From Chrysomallon squamiferum (lineage: Eukaryota > Animalia > Mollusca), in the NCBI GenBank assembly GCA_012295275.1, contig CM022670.1, forward strand, positions 36,270,001 to 36,334,000: a stretch of 64,000 nt of DNA, in the 5' to 3' direction. Position numbers and translations under genes: made by a program. Positions 40,101-54,337 of this stretch are shown piece after piece (within the stretch, counting starts at the first letter, position 1; each line of letters opens with the position of its first letter). The notes below the pieces were generated by a model. The model made no database searches, had not been told where the DNA came from, and worked only from the letters and a program-made list of their open reading frames with translations.

Positions 40101-41074
40101 TAATATGTACTATATTTATTATATTTTGCATGATATTGATGGTAGAGAAAAATAGGAAAAGTTTGTTTGGTTTTGATTGTCTTAGTATTTTAAATATTTT
40201 AATTTTGGTATGTGAATGACTCACTGGTATTCATGCCATTTGAAACAAAATGTTCTAAATAACTATAAATTATAATAATTATATTAATTGGTGAAATGAA
40301 AAAAAAATAAAAATATATATATATATATATATATATTTATATGTATGCAGACACACACACACACACACATACACTTATACATATACATATATATATATAT
40401 ATATATATGTTCATTTTCACTGAAGACTCACCAGATCAAAGAAAATATTGAAAGAGATCTATATTAATTTCCATCTTCCAGATAGCATCTAGCTATGTGC
40501 ATATTTTTCTGCAAGAAAGTTCTTAAGCAAGACCTCTGATTAAAACCCCCACCAGAATTGAAGGATTCAAAGCAGCAAAGGACTGGCTCTCTTGGACAAT
40601 AGAACTATAAACATCACTGATTAAATAACATGTATTCTTTTCCTTATTTATTATATTTTTTTTAATAAAATAATGTCCCTGCTGAATTTAATTATTAATA
40701 ATTTATATTCTGTTCTGAAAATGTGAAAAAATGTATGAAAGCAATAATATTTATTAGTTTATCGTAATTTACTAGACAGTGCTTACCATTTAATTTTTTA
40801 GCTCCCATTTGAAATGTTTAAGCTGGACTCCTGGTTTGCATTTTATGCTGTGATGCAAGTACAGTGAACTATATATAGTGTAGTTATAAGCATTTTATAC
40901 TGATCTGCTTTAACAATTATTTAAACTAATGTGGACAGACACATACTTAAGTTATGTAACCCAATAACATTCATTTATTAAAAAAAAAAATTATTATTAT
41001 TATTATTATTATTATTATTGTTGTTGTTGTTGTTATTGTTATATCTGAAAACAGCATAGTGTAAATATATTTAT

Positions 41075-41116
<42 letters not shown>

Positions 41117-44100
41117 CTTGAAAAACATGTAGAAAATTGACTGGTTGTCATAGAATATGTTTTGACAATCTAACATTTCCATATAGCATACATTTTCTGT
41201 TTTTACCCTTTTTTTATTGGAACTGACACCTTATTTCTGTGTGAGGTGCTTTGCTGATTTTATGCATGTGTACAAAAATAATAAATAAATAAATAAATAA
41301 TATTAATAATTTTAAAGCAGAATGCTCACAGACTTTATATAATATTTATATTTGTAGAATGAATAAAAAAATCCATCTTAAAGATGATTGTCTGTTATTG
41401 TTGTTATTGTTTATGCTTTTTTTTATCATTATTGTTGTTGTTGTTGTTGTTATTAGTATAATTTCTATTCTTGTTCTGTGGTAGTTCTTATTATTGTTGT
41501 TTTTAGTTGTGGTTGTTATAATTTTTATTCTTGTTCTGTTGTTATTTTTCTTTTTATTATTGTTGTTGTTGTTGTTGTTTTTGTTATTATTATGATTAAA
41601 ATTAATATTATGGATATAGATATAACTTCCTTGTCTGATATTTAATCAAAAGCAATATTAGACTTGTTAAAATTAATCTTATGTATGTTCTTGCAATTCT
41701 TCAGATCACTTGGGTCACCAACAGTACTGATCATCATGTCACCCATTTTCTTGGAATTTTAGCTTCTAAAAATTAAATGCTTCTTACCTACATATCTAAT
41801 ATATCTATTCGTAAATACATTATTTAAAATATTTAGTTTAGAAAAGTTTAACTGATGTTAGTCTTCAAAAATGTTTATTTGTATTTGAAATAAATGAAAA
41901 GAATGGTTTTTAAAATTTAAAAACATCCAAAAACAAAAGTTTTAAAATATGGGTATAATCGTGAAATTTATAATAAAAAGTAAAATATTTTCTATAAAAT
42001 AATACATATAACACAAGACCAGTAACATTACTATATTACGTACAGAGCACAATGTTTTGCACAGCACCTAACTGTCATGAAATTATAAAAATACATATCA
42101 CAGATAAAATAAAATAGATTCAACAAAATAATTTTATCACTAAAGTTTACCAGCAAAGTCACATTTTGTATTCATATATGTGGTTATATTAATCACAGTG
42201 GTAAAAAGTTATAGTAATAGTTATTTTAAAAATAAAATCTGTCTGATAAATCATTCTTTCAATAATGTATCTGTTTTTGTTTGGATTAGCCTTATTAGTA
42301 GTAAGTAAAACAGCATTGTTGTGATATCTTTTTACATGTCCTATTTTGATGACACTGTACTCCAGTGTTTGTCATTTATCATCATCAAACATCCATAAAT
42401 ATGTAAAAGATTTCATATATAAATTTGAATTGAAAATAATTGGTGTAAGTTACAGTTAAGATGTATGTTTCAAGCATCATGAACTTTAGTGACTAGCATG
42501 TATAACTTTCCTCAGCAACAGAAATAACTCCACTGTTTTATTAGAGTTGTTTTAAAACTTGTATCAAAATATATTCAGTAACAAAAATAACTTTACAAAT
42601 GTTACTGGAACTGTTTTGAAACTTGTATCAAAGATATTAGTCTTGAAGGCTTAATCTATCAATGTTATAAGCAAACTGGTATTTGTTTCGCTTTTTTTTT
42701 TTTTTTTTGAAGATAAGTGACAATAATTCCCACTGATGTTGCTGTCTGGGAGTTCAGAAAGTTGCTGTCAGCTACCATTGAGGCATGGCGCTTCCCAAAA
42801 CAGTACATGGAAGTTCCCATAAATTTGTATTGATTTTTATGCCAAGTCTCTATCATCGTCTTCCATCCATTACATTGAAGAAAAGGCCAAACCTTTTACA
42901 AGTGATCAGAGGTTTGACTGAGCAAGAAAAACAACGTCTCAATTCCCCGTCAACTGTTTTCTGTGACTTTGATAAGACAGTCTGACTGTTCCGTGTATCT
43001 TCGCTGGAGCTAATGATTCAGTTGAGGAGACATCAATTCAGGTGAGAAGGGGTTTTTTTTTTTGGTTTTTTTTTGTATGAAATCAGAAAAGTTTTAAAGT
43101 TTTTTGGAATTTTTATATTATTATTTTTTTTTTTTTTTTTAATTTATAATTTTAAAATTTAATTTAGAAGATTATTAATTCTATAATAAATTTAATTTTT
43201 TTGTGTTGTTATGATTTATATTTTCTTAATAATTTTTATTTTTTTTATTTATTTTTTATTAATTTTTTTGGGGGGATTTTGTTTTTAAGTTGTTGTTTTT
43301 TTAATTTTTTTATTGGCTGTATTGTTGTTGTTTTATTTTTATTATATTTTTAAAAATATTTTTAAATTGGTTATTGTTGCCATTTCCATTATTTTTTGGG
43401 GTGGGGGTAGAGTTTATAAACATTTCTTTGTTATCAGTTTAATTTAGTGTGTTTTAATTTTCAATAAAATAAATATAAAAATTCATTTTTGGTTATGTTT
43501 TTTAAAAAATATCTTATTAACACTGATTATGCCCAAAAAAACTTTTTTAATTTTTTTTTTTTTTTTTACTTACAAAACTGTTTATTTGTTGTAAGAATTA
43601 ATGAATATAGTTTTTAAAAAACCCAACCCACAAAAAACAAAAGCAACATTAAAAAAAAAAAAGAAAGAAAAACAAAATGGCACACTGCAACAGACTTATT
43701 AATTTTCCATTCCATTTGTTTGTATGATCTTTTGAGTATTGTAACCACAATCTGCAGTTTCTGGAAAGTGAACAAATAAAAAGACAATATTAGTTTAGAA
43801 ATAAAAAGATATTATTATTTTACAAATAAAAAGACAATATTATTTTTAAAATAAAGAAAATAATTTTTATATTTACAAATGTTATTTCATCAGAATAAAC
43901 AAAAAAATTAATAACCATACAATTATTTCTTTGAAGAAAAGAAATCTGTTTAGTTCCTAGTTATGTGCATGTACATGAATAAAAAAAAACTTAATTTATT
44001 TAAAAAAAAAACTTTTTTGTTAATGATTCCTCTGTGAATATTCTTGGTGTGTTCACTGAGCAATTTCCAATTCAAGATAGTGTTCTACGACTAAATTAAC

Positions 44101-46539
44101 AAAAATCTCTCATAATTTTCCTGGTTTTTATTTTTATTTTTTGTGTGACTGAATCCCATTTGTTTTTAATTTTCATTTAACAAAACAGTTATTATTAAAC
44201 CCTTTGACATGAGCTCATAATAATTAATTGTTCATTTAAATATGTGAATTATGTTCATCAGTTTGTATATTCACAAGTTATAAACCACATTGTTTATGAC
44301 AAAGAATTAAAGAAACCATGGACATAGTTTTGTTTTCGTATAAGTATTATTGTTATTGTTGTTTTTATTATTACTTATATTGTTGTTAATATTATTATTG
44401 TTGTTATTGTTTCTTTTTATTATTATTTATGTTGTTGTTTAAACTATTATTATTATTATTATTGTTTTAAGCTCGGACCATACTAATTGACCAAAAAAAA
44501 AAATGTATTAAAAAGCTCTGCATTTTGTGGTTAGATACAAACTGAAATGAACGATATAGAATCTTTCTTTCTCTCTCTTTTTTGAACACTTTTTTTTTTT
44601 TGCTTCATAAAAAAAAGAGAGAGAGAGATGGAGAAAAAATACCATGCATTAACCCAATCCAGGAAAGTATTCCCTATGCAAATGTTGTTAAAGAATAAAT
44701 CGAAATGATTCAAGTTGTACAAATGCTCTTGAATAGATGTGCTAGAGGAGGAAAACATTTACTGCTCATGAGGTTCACCAAAGATGGGCAAACTTTGTTC
44801 AGCTTCATTAGAAAAGCAAACAATGGCAGACAAAGGCAGAGATCCCTGTTGCAGCCTGGTCCAGAATCCTTCTTGAAAGATACATTGGACTCATTTGGTC
44901 TGTCAACAAGACAAAATAACACCTGCTTTTGTTCACGTTTTGCACGTTTGTTGAGAAACTTTTCACGAAATTGATTTTTATCATTTGTCATAATGGTGCA
45001 GTGAAGAAGAGTTCGTGAAATTAATGTTATGGGTCGCAGCTTTCATTAAGTTAGTATAAAAGAAAAAAAAAAAGTTAATAATTTAAGTCTGTGTAAGGAA
45101 AATGAAAAGAGGGTAAAGAAGTGGCAAAAGTTACATTTTTCAAGAATGTTTTGGCATGGTACAAATCTTGGCAGTAAAAAGTTTTGCTGATGTGAATTCA
45201 GCAAAGTTCAAACATTTCAATTGAAAAAAGTGTATAACTGTACAAATTAATTAATTACTTTTATAATAATGATAAAAACAAAGTGCAGTGAAAAACAGAT
45301 TATCTGTTATAAATTATTTTGAGAAAATAAAGAAAGAATAAAAACTGATGGACAGGCAATTATATAAAAAGAAACAGTTTTTTCTTTATAAAAAAAAAAA
45401 AAAAATTAAATATTCTTTATAAATAAGTAAATAAATCTGTATTTGCTTCTATTAAATAATGTGACATCTCCCTGGACATAACTGAGTACACAATCAAGGA
45501 CAAGTGGACATGTAATAATGTTTGTCAACAGTTTAAATGTTTGATTTTCTGTGTTGATACGCTGGCCTTGCTAATGATTATCAGCACTGTTCAAATGGCT
45601 GTGTCTTTGTGTAGTCACATTATTTATCTTTTGTTTCAAGTCAAGGTGTAAATGAGTCAGCTGTTGATTTTCTTCAGCACTCTAAACGACGGAGCAATTA
45701 TTGAAATTTTGATGCTCGTTTTGTGTAGTTGTGATTGTTGTTAAATTATTTAGACAAACAGAGATTTTTTAACTGATTGAAAGCATTTTTAAATTTATTT
45801 TAATACTACACACATACATACACACACACACACATACATCCAAAAATCGTACATACATGCACACACATACAGGCATATATTATTTACATGTTTTCTGTGT
45901 ATTTTATTTTCTAATTTTGGTTTGTCCTAATAATCAAATTATCTGCCATTAATGGCCTAAAGATGGTGTTGGATGACTGTGAAGAGAAGAATCAGTTTAC
46001 ACCTCCATTTCTGGACTGCGACTACTTCCTTGACATGAATTTGGTAGCAGACTGGTATTTCAAATCATGGTGATTTGTTCTGTTTTCAAAACAAAAGATT
46101 TCGAAGATTTCATTATTTCAAAACAAGTTAGAAGAATAAAAAAAGAATTAAAATCATCTTATGTTTCAATATTCAACAAGCTGTTAGACAATAAGTGATG
46201 AATGGATGTCTAGTCAAATTAATTTCCTTATTTTTTAATTAATAAAATTAAATAACTTGAAGTTTTCATCATTTAAAAATAAATTCAAAGGAAAATGGCT
46301 TTTTATTTTAATCACCTTATGTTTGAATTTCCAACATGCTTTTAGACAATAACACATGAACAGATGCAAAGTCAAATTAATTTCCTTATTTTTTAATCAG
46401 TGAAATTAAATGATTTGAAATCCTCAAAGATTTGAAATCCTCAGAGCACACACAGACATTTATATAAATGTTTAATTTTTAATTTTTAACCCTTATCATA
46501 GTTTGAAATGATGATGACATGAAATCCACTAAACATTGA

Positions 46540-46965
46540 TTCATTTTTTCCTTCTTTCAATTTCACCTTTCATTTCTTTCTTTCCTGCCTTTTCACTTCT
46601 TTACCTCTTTTTTTTCATTTCTCCATTTCCTTCTCACTTTTAATCTTTTTGTCCTTTGTCTCTTTTGCACTCTTTCTTTCTCATTTATCCTTCCCTCTCT
46701 GAACACCATTGTCCTTCCCTCTGTCCTCCTCCAACTTTCTTCATCTCTCTCTTTTGTTCTGTTTGTCTTCACTATTTTTATTTTTTCTCTATCCATCCAT
46801 CCTTTTTTCTCTATTTCTTTCTTTCCATCTCTCTTTTATTTTCCACTTCCCCACCAACCTCCGTCATTGTACCTCATTCTTTTTCTTACTGTCATTCTGT
46901 CTGTTTTTTTGTTTTTTTTTTTTTTTTTCTTTTTCTATTTTTCCCTTCTCTCATTTTCTGTTTGT
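46540..46965. repeat. Long polypyrimidine/polypurine low-complexity tract
   Basis: About 420 bp strongly C/T-skewed on the + strand. It accounts for the spurious F/S/L-rich and R/K/E-rich ORFs here. Confidence 0.9.
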
Positions 46966-47868
46966 TTTGCTCAGTCTGTTGTACTTTCCTGCTGATAATC
47001 AAACTTTATCTCTTACTGAATATGATAAATGGGAAGAGAGGGCTTGTTTCATCAAGGACTTTACACACAAATAATAAATCTGTTTTTCAGTTTGTTGCAG
47101 ATGAGAAAATACAACTTAATCCTCTGTAGCCAGTTTATCAGAAGTTATCGGAAATAAAATTAAATGCAAAAATGGATATAATCCCCCATGTTTTTGTTTT
47201 CTTGCCAATTTGTTTGCAAGATTAAATTTGATAACAATATTATATAATACCAGATTAAATAAAGATGTTTTCATTTAAATAATGACACTTTTGTAAGAAT
47301 TTACTGTGTTTATAATGAATAAGACTTACAAATAATTAAAAATATAAAATAAAAATCAAATATTTTTACTCAGGATATGCAGTGGCTTACATAAAAATAA
47401 ACAAATCACTACAGATAATAATAATAGTAGTAATAATAAAGCATTTAAAAAAAAAGACTAAAAGAAACAAACCTCACAAATAAATGAAATAGGTCTAAAA
47501 GAGACTGAAAACAAATTAACAGAATGGCATGCACTGCAAAATATAATCAAGTCTGGATGAAAAATTTCATGCCTGTATGGCTGCACTGATGAAAGTTTAT
47601 TAACATCTTGAAATGTTGACCTTCTGGATTACATGTAAGTGACAGAAAATATTTATGATTTGACATTTCAATCTCAGCTGGAAAACGGTTTAATACAGGT
47701 TACAGTGTCACTTGTCACACCACTCCAACATGTAATATAGTGACAGTGTCACTTCTGTCTCTGGTAATGTGATGAAACCTGATCAAGGTTTAGCTATTTA
47801 AACACTGTCATAGATTTGGTCTTTATCTGGAGGTTAGGTGTTTGGTAAAGTCCACACTTTTTATTTAA

Positions 47869-47903
<35 letters not shown>

Positions 47904-48509
47904 AATTTTTAGACAGTAAGACAAAAGTTTAAATTCTCTTTCACATGTTTCCAAGGTAACAGACGATTATAAAAAATCACAATTAATGCTGCCTTTAAAT
48001 TCATGCAGTTATGTGGATTCAGCATGTGCTGAAACAATTGCATTGTTAAGCTTACAGAAATGTTCTTAAACTCAGTTTATTTATTTATTTTCTACTTGCA
48101 TATATTATGATGTGGCTGGTGTTAATACTTTTGACTTTTTAACTAGTCTTATAAAATTGGATCACTAAAGTGTAATAATACACAAAATGGCATAAAACAT
48201 CCTTATTTAAATTAAATAAAAAAATAAATAAATAACAAAAAAAATATTGACATGTACTAAAACAGAAACCAAAGTTAAAGACTAGAACAAAAATTAATTT
48301 AATTAATTAATTAATATTTGTTTTATGAAATTTGAAGACATGTTCAGTACTCATTGTTTGATGTCATACATTTTTTTCATATGATAAATGAAAGAAGAAA
48401 CGATCTCAGTTTTTTCTTACTGATTAATAAGAATGTATTTTTATATGCATTTTTCACAGCCTTCATAGAAGGAAACAAAAAAATTTGTATATGTATGACA
48501 CAGCATTCA

Positions 48510-48810
48510 GAGAAGGAAGCAAACAAAACTGCATTTAATAAAATATTGAAGAATTTTTATTTACAATAATATGGCATTAGACATGTTGTTAAAGATCACT
48601 CAGAAAACAAAAGAGGAAACCAGCTGCCACTAATTGATGTGTTAATCTTTCTGATTATGAGTAAGGGATCTTTTATTTTTTATTATTCCACACACAGATA
48701 GTACATATTACAGCTTTTGAATAACGTTTATGGGGTACTAGCTAGAATGGGAAACAGCACAATGGGTCCACCAAAACAGAATGATCTGATGAACCACTGC
48801 ATATTTAATG
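48510..48810 (-). mobile_element. Degenerate tRNA-derived SINE (mollusc Meta/MESC-core-like), near full length
   Basis: Matches, from memory, an abundant gastropod SINE: ttatttac..atatggc..agacat..aaagatcactcaga..agaggaaacc.gctgcc..gattaxxagxaagggatctttt..cacagatagtacat..actxgctagaatgggaaa..caatgggtccacc. Homologous copies lie at 48812-48941 and 53340-53515 in this window. Confidence 0.65.
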
Positions 48811-48811
48811 A

Positions 48812-48941
48812 CGGGATACTCTTTTTGATTACCAGTAAGAGCTATTTTATATTCACCATTCTGCAGACAGATAGTAGTACATTACAGCTTTTGCAACACC
48901 TTTTACAGAGTACTGGCTAGAATGGGAAACAGCACAATGGA
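48812..48941 (-). mobile_element. Partial second SINE copy, tandem to the first
   Basis: Repeats cagatagta..cattacagctttt..gtactxgctagaatgggaaacagcacaatgg from 48695-48766. Confidence 0.65.
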
Positions 48942-49901
48942 TGCTCTACCTGCTTTAAAACCATTCTGGCTAGAAAGGAACATTGCCAGGGAGTCAAGAG
49001 AGGAGGGTAGATCCTGTGGACTGTTACTTCTCTGACAAGTACTCCAGTATCTCTCAGCTAACACCACAGAACGAACTAACAGTTGAAACAAATTAAAAAC
49101 AGAATTTGTAACAAATCCCTTCCCTTAAGAATGAAGCATTTAAATTTTTTTTTCTTTCACAGTTAATTAACTTAGAAACTAATTAAAGATAACAAATGAC
49201 TGGATCAGGTGTGAGTTTAGGTGTGTAAATAAATTAAAGCACAACATAAATAGAACAGTGCGAATGTTTTGCACTTTACACTTGATTTAAGAAGGAACCA
49301 TTACTCCATGATAAACGATGGGATCAGAAATGAAAAAGCACTTAAATGTAAATTAGATCATATATAGTATCCCATATTCCTTTAAGCCAGGGTTTAGAAT
49401 CCACTTCAAAGTTAATGTAATATCTTCAACTCTGTGAAAATTACCAGTAATAACAACAAAATATCTTTTCTTGCTACCCTAAATGGCATTCAGAACATAA
49501 AATTTAAACAGCATTCTGCGTTTTGCTATAACGGCATAAATCAGTTTATGGTTGAAGTAATTTTTCATACCTCTGTTAGAACTTTAGAAACTTATCATAA
49601 AATGTCAGTGATATGTTACTTAGTTGAAGGAAATACTGCTGGAGCTGGTTTTTCATCACCACAGAAAAATGTATCAACTTCAGACATTAAATTTTCGACT
49701 TGTCACTATCTACTTTGAAGAAACAGTGTTTTCTCTTTTTGTGTTTTAATTTTCTGTCTTCATTTGGTGTAGCAAATCATGATTAATGGAAATGAATTTT
49801 TTTTTAATGAATTTTAAGAAAGAAAAATGAATATCAATATAGATATCAACATAAAGTTAATGAATTAATAAATATTTAAGATATTTGAAAAAACGTATAA
49901 T

Positions 49902-49946
<45 letters not shown>

Positions 49947-50699
49947 CCCCAAAGAAAACACCCACTACCAATCAGCTTATTAAGATGTTGTTTATCATTT
50001 AGTTTTAGAAATGTGAAAGAAAGAATTATAACTATGGTGACTTGATATTTTAGTTTCTTTTTCTGGATGGTGGTATAATTCAAAAAGCAATTATTTATTC
50101 TGAATTATTAGATTCCTCCGAAACCAAGAAAGATCCTGTCCTCTAAGAGCTTGCATATGACATTTTGAATGATGAAAATCTTAAACCTATAAAACACGCA
50201 TGTAATTCAGCTACTCAAACAGGCTGAATAGAAGATCTCATTCTGAGATCATTTTTATATCAAAATTTTCAATTTAACAGCCCTCTGTTGTGTAAAATTC
50301 TTTTAAAAGATAATTCTTTAAAAATGGTTCGACATTTTGCTTTTTGCACCATCGTTTGAAGCTGTTGGTAGCTTTTCCTGTGATCTAAAAGTAATGCAGC
50401 AAGCCAGGAATTTGATTATTAATTGAAGAAAAACAGCAGAATAAGTTAGAATTATTATTTGTTTTGTTGATGCAACTGAGCACAGATATCTAGAACAGGG
50501 AATATAAATGATTGATGTTAAAATGAATGGTAGAGAGGATGCAAAAATATAACAAAAAAATCCTGGGATTTTTTTTTTTTTTTTTATTAAATCAAAACAA
50601 TGTAAATGTTAGTATGCTGCAATACTTTTTAGAGAAAAGAGTCTGAATAGCAGTTTTACCCATACCAGTAGAGTTGTGTAGGAGTACTGGTATATTAGA

Positions 50700-51290
50700 C
50701 AGAAGAGTTAGTTATCAGTTAGTAGCTTTTAGAAAGGCACAGGTGTTTAGTGTGTTAGTACCTTTTAGAGAGGCACAGGTGGAGGGTTAGTGTGTTAGAG
50801 AATTACTCAGAAAAATGAGTACAGACACCTTGGGTAGTGTGTTCATATGTTAGAGAATTAGAAAAGTGTGTACAGAGTTTTACAATAACACCAGGTACTA
50901 TGTTAGTGTATTAAAGCATTAGAAGAATAAGAATAAACAGATATTATTAGTATGATAGAGAAAAATGAAAAATTTCTCCAGGACTGGTAAAAATTACATG
51001 AATGTAAGTATGAAAGAGGATTAGTTTGAAGAGAGTTTTATACACTGTGTTTACTATGTTAGTATGTTAGAGAATTAGAAGGAGTATAGGACTTTATAAA
51101 CTCCATTAGTTCTGGGTTTGAGTGTTAGTAAGTTAGAGAATTAAAAGTATGACTATAGGACTTTATAAACTCCATTAGTTCTGGGTTTGAGTGTTAGTAT
51201 GTTAGAGAATTAAAAGAAGTTAGGACTTTATAAAGAATTAAAAGTGTTAGTAAGTTAGAAAATAAAAAGTATGAGTATAGTACCTCCATT
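50700..51290. repeat. Degenerate tandem repeat built on gtgttagtatgttagagaatt, with a near-exact ~69 bp duplication
   Basis: The motif recurs about 9 times. tataggactttataaactccattagttctgggtttgagtgttagta occurs at about 51085 and 51154. Confidence 0.8.
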
Positions 51291-52504
51291 AGATCTGAAT
51301 AAGAGCATTAGTATGTTGGTTAAGTGAAGACTGAGCAATAGCCACCAGTTTGAAATGATCCCAGAATCTAGACACACCAGTGGAAAAGTGAACCAATGTC
51401 ATCACTTTTCTAATTAATTTTGTAACCTCACTTATTAAAGGAAGCAAACTACAAATAGATCTGACACATGTGTGATAACATAGACTTACTAGAATCATGC
51501 TTTTTGATGAAAAATGAAATCACTACTTAGGCTGTCTTTGGAATTATACTGAATTTACTTATTGATATCTTGAGTATTTGCTTAACAGTCTGTAATTCAA
51601 AATCACATTTCCTTGAAGTGTCATTAGAATCTGCAAAACTGATACGATACATTAACTTTTGATTTTCTGCCTTTAAGTTTGGTATGTGAAAAAGAATTTT
51701 ATAACAAGCAGATCTCATGAAAGACAAAATATGTACTTTTATTACTGATACTGAAAGATAAAAATATTATCACAAAAGAATAAATTTCAATACATATGCA
51801 TGTATTTAAAGAATGTTCATCAAAGTGCAACATTATGTAAATCGTTTTTTTTCAGTAATTATGTGACTAATTATTTTTTAATGTCTGAAAAATATGAATA
51901 AAATTAATATATTACATTTTTATATTTTTTATTTGATCTTATTATGAAGAATTCAAATTAAAATGTGAATTATTGTAATTAATTTTATATAGACGTACAA
52001 TTTTAAATCTTCATTATTAAAATTTAAATCACTGTCTTTATCTGACATGTTCAATATCACTTCTGCATTTGGTAAAAGAAAAGTTAAAAAAAGAGAAAAA
52101 TGTTTTTTTTTATTAGATTTTCAACCTTGTTTCACCTTCAGCACCTGCTAAGTTTTAATCAAATGTCTTGTCTGTTAAGCAATGTAAGGAGGGCGCCATT
52201 GTTTGGCTAAGCTTAGGGCATTATGTGGCCTTTATTCAACCTCGTTTATATTCTCCAGTTTCTTCTTTAAAAACTAATGTTTTTTTATTTTTATTATTAT
52301 TATTATTTTTTTTTTTTTTTAAGTTTAAATGCAGGAAAGTAAGTAAATAATAATAAATAAATAATGAATAAAATAAAATAAAATAAAAGACAAGTCACAA
52401 CAAGACAAAATAAAATAAATAAAATAAAAATAAGATAAAATAAATAAATCAATAAACAAGGATTAAAATAACATAAAATCAAATTAAATGATAATCAATA
52501 ATAA

Positions 52505-52557
<53 letters not shown>

Positions 52558-53339
52558 TAAAGAAATCAAAAACCAAGAAGGAAAGATTGAAGAGAAAAGA
52601 AAAGAAAAAAAATCAAACACCATTGACATTGGTAGTTATTCTCTCCACACAAGGCACTAACAAGTTAAATCACTTCATTTTTCTGTCAGATAGTGTTATT
52701 TTATAGCTTCGTGTGATTTTTATAACCCTCACCGTCTTCATTAGACCCCAGCCACTTGATACACGGATTAGAACCACTTGTCAACATCAATAATTCATTC
52801 ACTACGGAATGGATGATTCGTGAGTCCATTCTTGTTCATAACGACTGTCAGAACTGTTTCAAGAATAAAACCATTTCCTTCTGCAATGACCACAGAATTG
52901 TGCTTGGCTCTGAACATGACATTACCCCAGCTTGCTCAAGAGGTAAAGTAACAGCTGTATAAATTGACGCTTTCCCCACAATTTCTTGTCCATATGTAAT
53001 TGCTCTTTGGAACATTAATCTCTTCATAAGAAAGGATTCCCTGAGAACACAATTTATCCTTTTGTACGAAGTAATGAGTTTGTCTTCTCTGGTGGAGCTG
53101 ACAAATGCCAAGTGGGTCGTTTCTGTTCATGAGAATTTTAAATCGGTCAAGAATTGGAGTAAAACAAATTACAAACACACCTCTCCTTTCTTTTAATACT
53201 TTTGTTATGTTTGTATGCTTTCATGTATACATGTAAATGATATAATAAATACATACATTCATACACACACACTCACACACATACACACACACATTTGAAA
53301 ATAACTGCTAAATGAAAAAATATATTATTATTATCATCA

Positions 53340-53515
53340 CTATCATTATATATTTAACAATATATTTTACAACACATATAATTATATGTCAAACATGGGC
53401 AACTATTTTCAGTTAGCAACAAGGGATCTTTCTTCTGCACCTTCACATAGACAGAAAAACACAGACTGTGACTTTTTATAAACCAATCAATGAGCACTGC
53501 CTGGAACAGAAAATA
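53340..53515 (-). mobile_element. Degenerate SINE remnant, same family
   Basis: catgggcaactattttcagttagcaacaagggatctttcttctgcaccttcacatagacag..gagcactgcctggaacagaaaata is homologous to 48630-48760. Confidence 0.6.
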
Positions 53516-53961
53516 TTAGGAGAATTGTTGTTTCTTTAAATAATAAAACTTAATATTCACATTAAATTGTTTCTTGTTGTTTTCAACTTAAAAAAAAGTT
53601 TTGATAAAAAGGAAAGAAAGAAAAGTAATAAAAAGTTTATAAAAGAGACTTTAAAAATAATTATTTTATTCTTTCAGCAATTTTGTTAATATATTCATTA
53701 ATCACTGCTCATTGACAAATGTCTCTTGCTGATTATATATCATATTTGTTTGATAGAATTTGAAATTATTGGATTTAACTTTAATGTTTGATTTGGATAG
53801 ATAAATTTTTGTTTCCAAGATATATCACAATAGGTAAATGTTTAATTATTAATTACATTTACTGAAAAGCATTTGCTGTCAAAAATAAAAGGTAAAATGA
53901 CATACAATGTAAAAAATAAATTAAACACATTTCTGATTTTTTGATAATGACTGTCATTATA

Positions 53962-54337
53962 CTTCAGAATAACTATGCTAAATGTATATAGTTCAAAATA
54001 ACTGTGTTAAATACATATAGTTCAAAATAACTGTGCTAAATATATATAATTCAAAATAACAGTGACAAATATATATAGTTCAAAATAACTATGCTAAATA
54101 TATACAGTTTAAAATAACTTTGAGAAATATATATAGTTCAAAATAACTATGCTAAATATATATAATTCAAAATAACTGTTAAATACATATAGTTCAAAAT
54201 AACTGTGTTAAATATATATATTTCAAAATAACTGTTAAATATATATAATTCAAAATAACTGTGCTAAATGAATATAGTTCAAAATATGTTTGTATATATA
54301 TATATATTTCAAAATAACTATGCTAAATATATATATA
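53962..54337. repeat. Minisatellite, ~29 bp unit (ttcaaaataactgtgctaaatatatatag), ~13 copies
   Basis: Direct tandem repeats with point variation and no unique spacers. Confidence 0.95.

Noticed and set aside
40799-40820. tagctcccatttgaaat resembles miR-29
   Set aside because: Seed mismatch and no hairpin.
44705-44991. Overlapping 89-aa and 93-aa ORFs on opposite strands
   Set aside because: No recognisable domain or convincing splice context; treated as a non-coding patch.
45962-46072. 36-aa small ORF MVLDDCEEKNQFTPPFLDCDYFLDMNLVADWYFKSW
   Set aside because: No homology recognised and no promoter or splice evidence; the length is compatible with chance.
46593-47129. ORFs of 67-157 aa rich in F/S/L or R/K/E
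   Set aside because: Artefacts of the polypyrimidine/polypurine tract.
47669-47690. aatctcagctgg matches part of miR-216
   Set aside because: No complementary star arm nearby, and the remainder diverges.
50234-50256. tgagatcattttt resembles the bantam miRNA 5' end and sits in a gatctca/tgagatc inverted repeat
   Set aside because: The loop is only 3 nt, the stem only about 7 bp, and the 3' half does not match bantam.
53962-54337. Regular ~29-bp repeats that could be mistaken for a CRISPR array
   Set aside because: Units are contiguous with no unique spacers, there are no cas genes, and the context is eukaryotic; this is a minisatellite.
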